In this document: in pieces, positions 58,691 to 64,000 of the stretch
Layout of the letters: every line of letters begins with the position of its first letter
Numbering within the stretch: position 1 is the first letter of the stretch
Source: the human T2T-CHM13v2.0 reference genome, Homo sapiens
Direction: 5' to 3' (one strand)
Length of the DNA: 64,000 bases
Assembly (NCBI RefSeq): GCF_009914755.1
Contig: NC_060944.1
The notes under the pieces: model-generated
What the model was told of the DNA's origin: nothing
Databases searched by the model: none
What the model saw: the letters and a program-made list of their open reading frames with translations, nothing else
Position numbers and translations under genes: made by a program

Positions 58691-58835
58691 TTGTAAAAGA
58701 AACCTGGCGATGCTTCTCAGTAGCACCATGAAATGTTAACCGGATTAGAGCCTGAGTTAAAACGCTCTTGAAGGAGTTTAGTCTTTGCCATTTCAGTCTA
58801 TTTCAGAGGCCTCTTCATAAAACTGTGGGTGTATC

Positions 58836-59095
58836 GCCGGGTGAGGTGGCTCGCGCCTGTAATCCCAGCACTGTGGGAGGCAGAGGCGGGCGGATTACTT
58901 GAGGTCAGGAGTTAAGAGGCGCCTGGCCAACACGGAGAAACCCCATCTCTACTAAAATACTAAAAATACAAAAATTAGCCGGATATGGTGCGAGCTTGTA
59001 ATCCCAGCCACTCGGGAGGCTGAGGCACAAGAATCGCTTGAATCTGGGAGGTGGAGGTTGCAGCCTGTGGGACTGAGAGGGAAAAAAAAAAAAAA
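58836..59095 (+). mobile_element. Alu (AluS), 3' part of right arm missing
   Basis: TSD aaaactgtg(g/a)gtgt. Confidence 0.92.
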
Positions 59096-59149
59096 CTGTG
59101 AGTGTGCAAAAAGCACTCAGTAAATGGTGTGGACTAGCACAGCCACCTC

Positions 59150-59445
59150 TCTCACCTCCTTCACGTTTTGATTCAAATGTCCCTGACCAACCTGTATGAA
59201 ACTGCAGCCTGCCCACTGGCCTCACCTCCCCATCCTTCTTACCATTCTCTACTTCTTTCCATAGCATTTAACAAGTTCTAACATTTTAATTTCCTTATTT
59301 ATTATGGCTTATTGTGTCTCCCCACTTTCCCCCTAAAATCTAAGCTCTACAGGGGCATCGTCTATTTTGTTCAGTGGAGTACCCCAAGTGCTTAGAACAG
59401 TGTCTGGCACAAAGTAGATGCCCAAATAGTTCTTTGTTAATGATG
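59150..59445 (+). mobile_element. L2a 3' end
   Basis: taagctctacaggggca...ccccaagtgcttagaacagtgtctggcacaaagtagatgcccaaata. Confidence 0.85.
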
Positions 59446-59704
59446 TGGAATTTGTCATGACAGTGGTGAGGGTGGTGGCAATGTCTGAGGTAGGGGCAGT
59501 GGAGGTGGGGAGGCTGGTGACAGGGTGGAGATAGGGGTGATGTGGCAATTGTCATGATGCTTACTGTACTGTGGTTTGGTCAGGGTCCTCCGGCAAGTTG
59601 GAATCTAAGCCTGAGGCTGGATGAGGATTTCTAGAGATTTCACAAGGGCTTATCACCATGTGAGCACACACAATGGGTTCCTAGGCGAAAGTGGGGGAAA
59701 CTGT

Positions 59705-59785
59705 TCACACTCATACATGCATGCATACACACACACATGCATGTGCACACACACATGCACACACACACGTACACACACACACACA
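59705..59785. repeat. Imperfect (CA)n microsatellite
   Basis: Direct reading. Confidence 0.9.
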
Positions 59786-61151
59786 AGTCTGTATTCCTGG
59801 CCCTCCAACAAAGGTGCTGTACAAGGGAGTGATGGAGGAGCTAGGAAGGTTGACCAAACTATCACTTACCGAGCTCATCATGCAGGTTTGTTCTTCTAAG
59901 AAAGGATTCCCTATCACCATATTGCAGGCTCTAAGGTGAAGAAACACATTCAAAATCATGCCTGGAACCATCACAGTCTAGCCTGGTGAGGAGGTTGCAG
60001 GCAGGGCCCCTCCTGACATGGACAGGGCACAGGGCGAGATGATCAGTGAGCAGTTACCACATATCTAGATAATTACAATGATAAACACACCTAACAGACT
60101 ATTAAATAAAACATGTCTATCCTCCTCCATTAACAAATACACCCTCATGAAGCCCTGCAAGGCTGCTGGACTCTCAGAATTCCACACCAGGACACGGCAG
60201 CCCGGGGAGAAGCCCCCAGCTGCCCACTTCCCTCATCCAACCTCTGAGGGGCACCGCACAAAAGATACCCCAATTTGCACATCCCAGCTCTATCCACACC
60301 CTCCACAAGAACGCTGACCCTTGGGCCCCCTCGGGCCGAGGGCTGTGCACAAGGATAGTGCTGGCCCCTTGGGAGGACAGGCCCTGGGAGGCAGCCATGG
60401 CAGGTCCTGGAAAGCATGCTTAAGGCTTTGGGGCTGGGAATTCTAGCATCCCAGGCACCCAGAGCAGGGGCAGAAGGAAGAGGGCAAGCTCTGGCCAGAT
60501 GTGCTCTGGGCTGATGGGCCCCTCGCACCCTGGGGGAAACGCCAGTTAGGAACCTCAAAGTCCGACACCTGGGGCAGGTGCAGGTCTCCTGACTGCAAGA
60601 ACTACCGGGACTACTGTTGTTCTGCAGGGCTTACAAAGCGCATCCCTGTTCAAAGAAAGTTTGAAGAATGAAGTCAGTGGTGGGGTCCCCTATAGCTGGG
60701 GAAATAGAGAAGAAGAAAGGACCTTGGCAGGAAGTAGCCCAGCCATCCCTAGCAGCTGAGAAATTCCCTCCACCAGTTGGCACCCTCCTCCCCCAACACT
60801 TCTCAGGCCACAACAGAGGGAAGAAAGGCTGGTCTCAAAGCACACCTCCCTGGGCCTGTGTGGAAGGCTGGCAGCCTCTGGCCCTGGCCCATTTCCTCCT
60901 CCCATTAACATAAGGGGCTCTTGGCTTCCGCTGGAGGTCTTCTTACTTGCCTTGGTTGCTCTCCCTCAGCAACCTCTCCGCACTCAAGGCTGTGACTCTT
61001 ACCCACCCCACATCTGGATTCCTCTTCCAAGCCATGTCTACTAGATCCTCCGAGGCCTGCCTCTCACTCCCCGTGCAGACAACCTCGCTCCCTTCCCTCA
61101 GCAGCAGCTCCTGCACCTGCCCTGGCCCTGCTAGGGAGCCTCAAAACCTTT

Positions 61152-61966
<815 letters not shown>

Positions 61967-62824
61967 TTATGGATACCCAAAGACAGCAAGCTCTTCTGAC
62001 AGCAGGCATTCATGCCAGAGAAGGTGGGTCCTTTGCAAAACGCACCCTGAGATTTCCCCCAGAAATCTCCCCAGCACTAAGGGTCCTAGCTGGACACTCA
62101 TCCCTCCTTCAGGGACCACAGATCTGCCTCTAAACCTTCATGCGTGGACTCTGCACCGCTCACTCTAAAAGAATAGGGCTTGTGTAGTCTGGAGCCTTCT
62201 ATCTTATCCTGGGTAACCTCCCTCTGACTTTCTCAACATCCTCAGCCCCTGAAGATACAGCAGCTAGGACAGAGTCAGTCTCGAGGCCTGGAGGCGAGAA
62301 CCCAATGTCTTTGTTATCGGGCCCTCTCGTTCTTCCAGGTAAACATCCCTGAGCGAGGGAGGTCTGAGGACAGGGCGCTCCTTGGGCACCCCTTTAAAAA
62401 GCAACATACATTATGATTACTTCACCCTGCAAGGCCAAATTCCCCAGGGCCACCACCAGTGTTCATTGTTGCCCTGTTGCTCTTTCTGTCCACACCAGTG
62501 GTACGAGGAGACCCTATCTCAACTCTCACTCCCTGAGATAAATGTGAAATGGACAACTTATCTGTGTCTCCCTCCCTCGCTTGCTGCCCCTTCTGGGAAC
62601 AGGACCCCACTGAGGACAATCGATTCACTTGGCTGGTTGGCAAATTGCAAGAACCCCTCTGCCTATGCCACTGATGCACAATGTCTAGGGCTGGCACAAT
62701 GCAAACTCCTCCAAGAGCCAGTTCTGTCCCTCCAGGCACACAGATACTATCCATCACAGAGCTGGCGGCCTCAAGAATGGCCATGGGGAGCCACTGAATG
62801 TTTTGAGCAGGGGTGTGACATGAG

Positions 62825-63075
62825 CCAGTTGGGAGTAGTGGTTATGTGCAGGCATTTTGGTGTTGGGCTGCCTGGATTCAGATACCAGAACTGCCACCTA
62901 TTAGCTGTGGAATCTAGGACAAGTGACCATGCCTCTCTGAGCCTCAGTTTCCCACCTGCAAAATGGGGATAACAACAGTACCTACCTCCTAGGGTTGTTG
63001 TGAGGACTGAGTGGGTAAGGCCCTTGCAATAGGGCCTGCCATTTCATGTTAGGTAAGAGTTAGCTTTTATGAATT
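62825..63075 (+). mobile_element. MIR
   Basis: ctctctgagcctcagtttcccacctgcaaaatggggataacaacagtacctacctcctagggttgttgtgagga. Confidence 0.9.
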
Positions 63076-63299
63076 CAATCTGAGCTCCAGCTCATGGAAA
63101 GTTACTTGACATCGCTATGTGAGTTAGGAAAACAGGCTCTAAAACCAAAGGCCCTTGCAGTGATGGAAATAAGCGGTACCCACGCCTGACATAGCCAAAT
63201 GGAGGTGGGATGGAGAGGAAGAAAGACATTTGAGCCACTGAGAGGCGGAAGGGGAGGACCAGTGAGGTGTGTGAACTGGGTGGGGGTGGGGAGGGAAAG

Positions 63300-63580
63300 G
63301 TGACCCAAGGGAAAGAGAGGCCTTGAGTCTAGGTGAGCAGGAGGAGAGTGATGCTGGCTAGGAAAGCAGGGTCTTGGGGCAAGGCAGGAGAGAGGAGGTG
63401 AGGGGCTATCTTCGGACCTACAAGGCTCACGAAGGAAGAGGTGATCATCAGAAAGCTGTAAATATGGGGATGCGTTTGGAGCTCAAGCAATAAATGGAGG
63501 CTGAAGGTTGAGCTTTGAGGGGAGGTCATTCAGGCAGCAGTGCAAAGCTCCAAGATCCATGAGATTTCCAAAGGGAAGAG
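63300..63580 (-). mobile_element. L2 fragment
   Basis: aaatatgggga tgcgtttggagctcaag...gctttgaggggaggtcattc. Confidence 0.5.
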
Positions 63581-63699
63581 GACTGCAAGTGGAGAGAAGA
63601 GGGGAGGGGAGTAGAGGGAGGAAAAGAGGAGAAGAAACTGGACAGGAGGAGTGGGGAGAGGAAAGGAGGCCAAACAGCCTCCAGGGTGGTAATGAACAC

Positions 63700-63915
63700 C
63701 ACAGCTATGGTGTCATACCTGAGTTTGAGCCCCGCTCTGTCACTAACTAGCTGTGTGACCTTGGGTAGATTGCTGAATCTCTCTGAGCCTTAATTTCTTA
63801 ATCTGTAAATTGGGCATAATGATAGAAACTCCCATACAGGGCAATGATGAGAATTAAATAAGATTGTGTGTGTAAAGCCCTGATTTCAATGCCTGGCACC
63901 AGGGCAGAGCCCAGG
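63700..63915 (+). mobile_element. MIR
   Basis: ctctgtcactaactagctgtgtgaccttggg...ctctgagccttaatttcttaatctgtaaattgggc. Confidence 0.9.
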
Positions 63916-64000
63916 GAATGGCAGCTAGGGTCATTAGGATTCTTATGAAATCCAAGTTAAATGAACAGAAGAAGGAAGAGGGGTTAGAGAAAAGGCAACA

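Noticed and set aside
62382-62972. 196-aa ORF
   Set aside because: Non-ATG start, runs into a MIR, no recognisable protein similarity.

Overview
Simian-primate (human-like) euchromatic DNA, mostly interspersed repeats: about 20 Alu/FLAM elements, many L1 fragments (L1PA, L1MA/MB, L1MC, L1ME), L2, MIR, MaLR LTRs (MLT1, MST, THE1B), ERVL/ERV1 LTRs (MLT2, LTR16, MER21, MER51) and hAT/Tigger DNA-transposon relics. I found no intact protein-coding gene; nearly all listed ORFs are Alu, L1 or microsatellite artefacts. The standout is a TSD-flanked retrocopy at 42188-42671 (- strand). It starts inside a box C/D snoRNA (SNORD36A/U36a-like 3' half), keeps the downstream intron stretch and its 3' splice site, then continues as fully spliced RPL7A 3' exons and a poly(A) remnant. 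It looks like a fossil of a snoRNA-led, partly spliced, polyadenylated host transcript. Other points of interest: an orphan CpG island (~43.8-44.25 kb), a repeat-free homeobox/TCF-motif-dense candidate enhancer (~45.7-46.5 kb), a strong CTCF site with upstream motif (~58.67 kb), a 72-bp locally templated replacement inside an L1, a twin-primed (5'-inverted) old L1, a tiny polyadenylated MER51-LTR retrocopy, several template-switch scars in Alus, nested LTR stacks and two old tandem duplications. Repeat subfamily names come from recalled consensus sequences and need RepeatMasker/Dfam confirmation. I could not assign the chromosomal locus.
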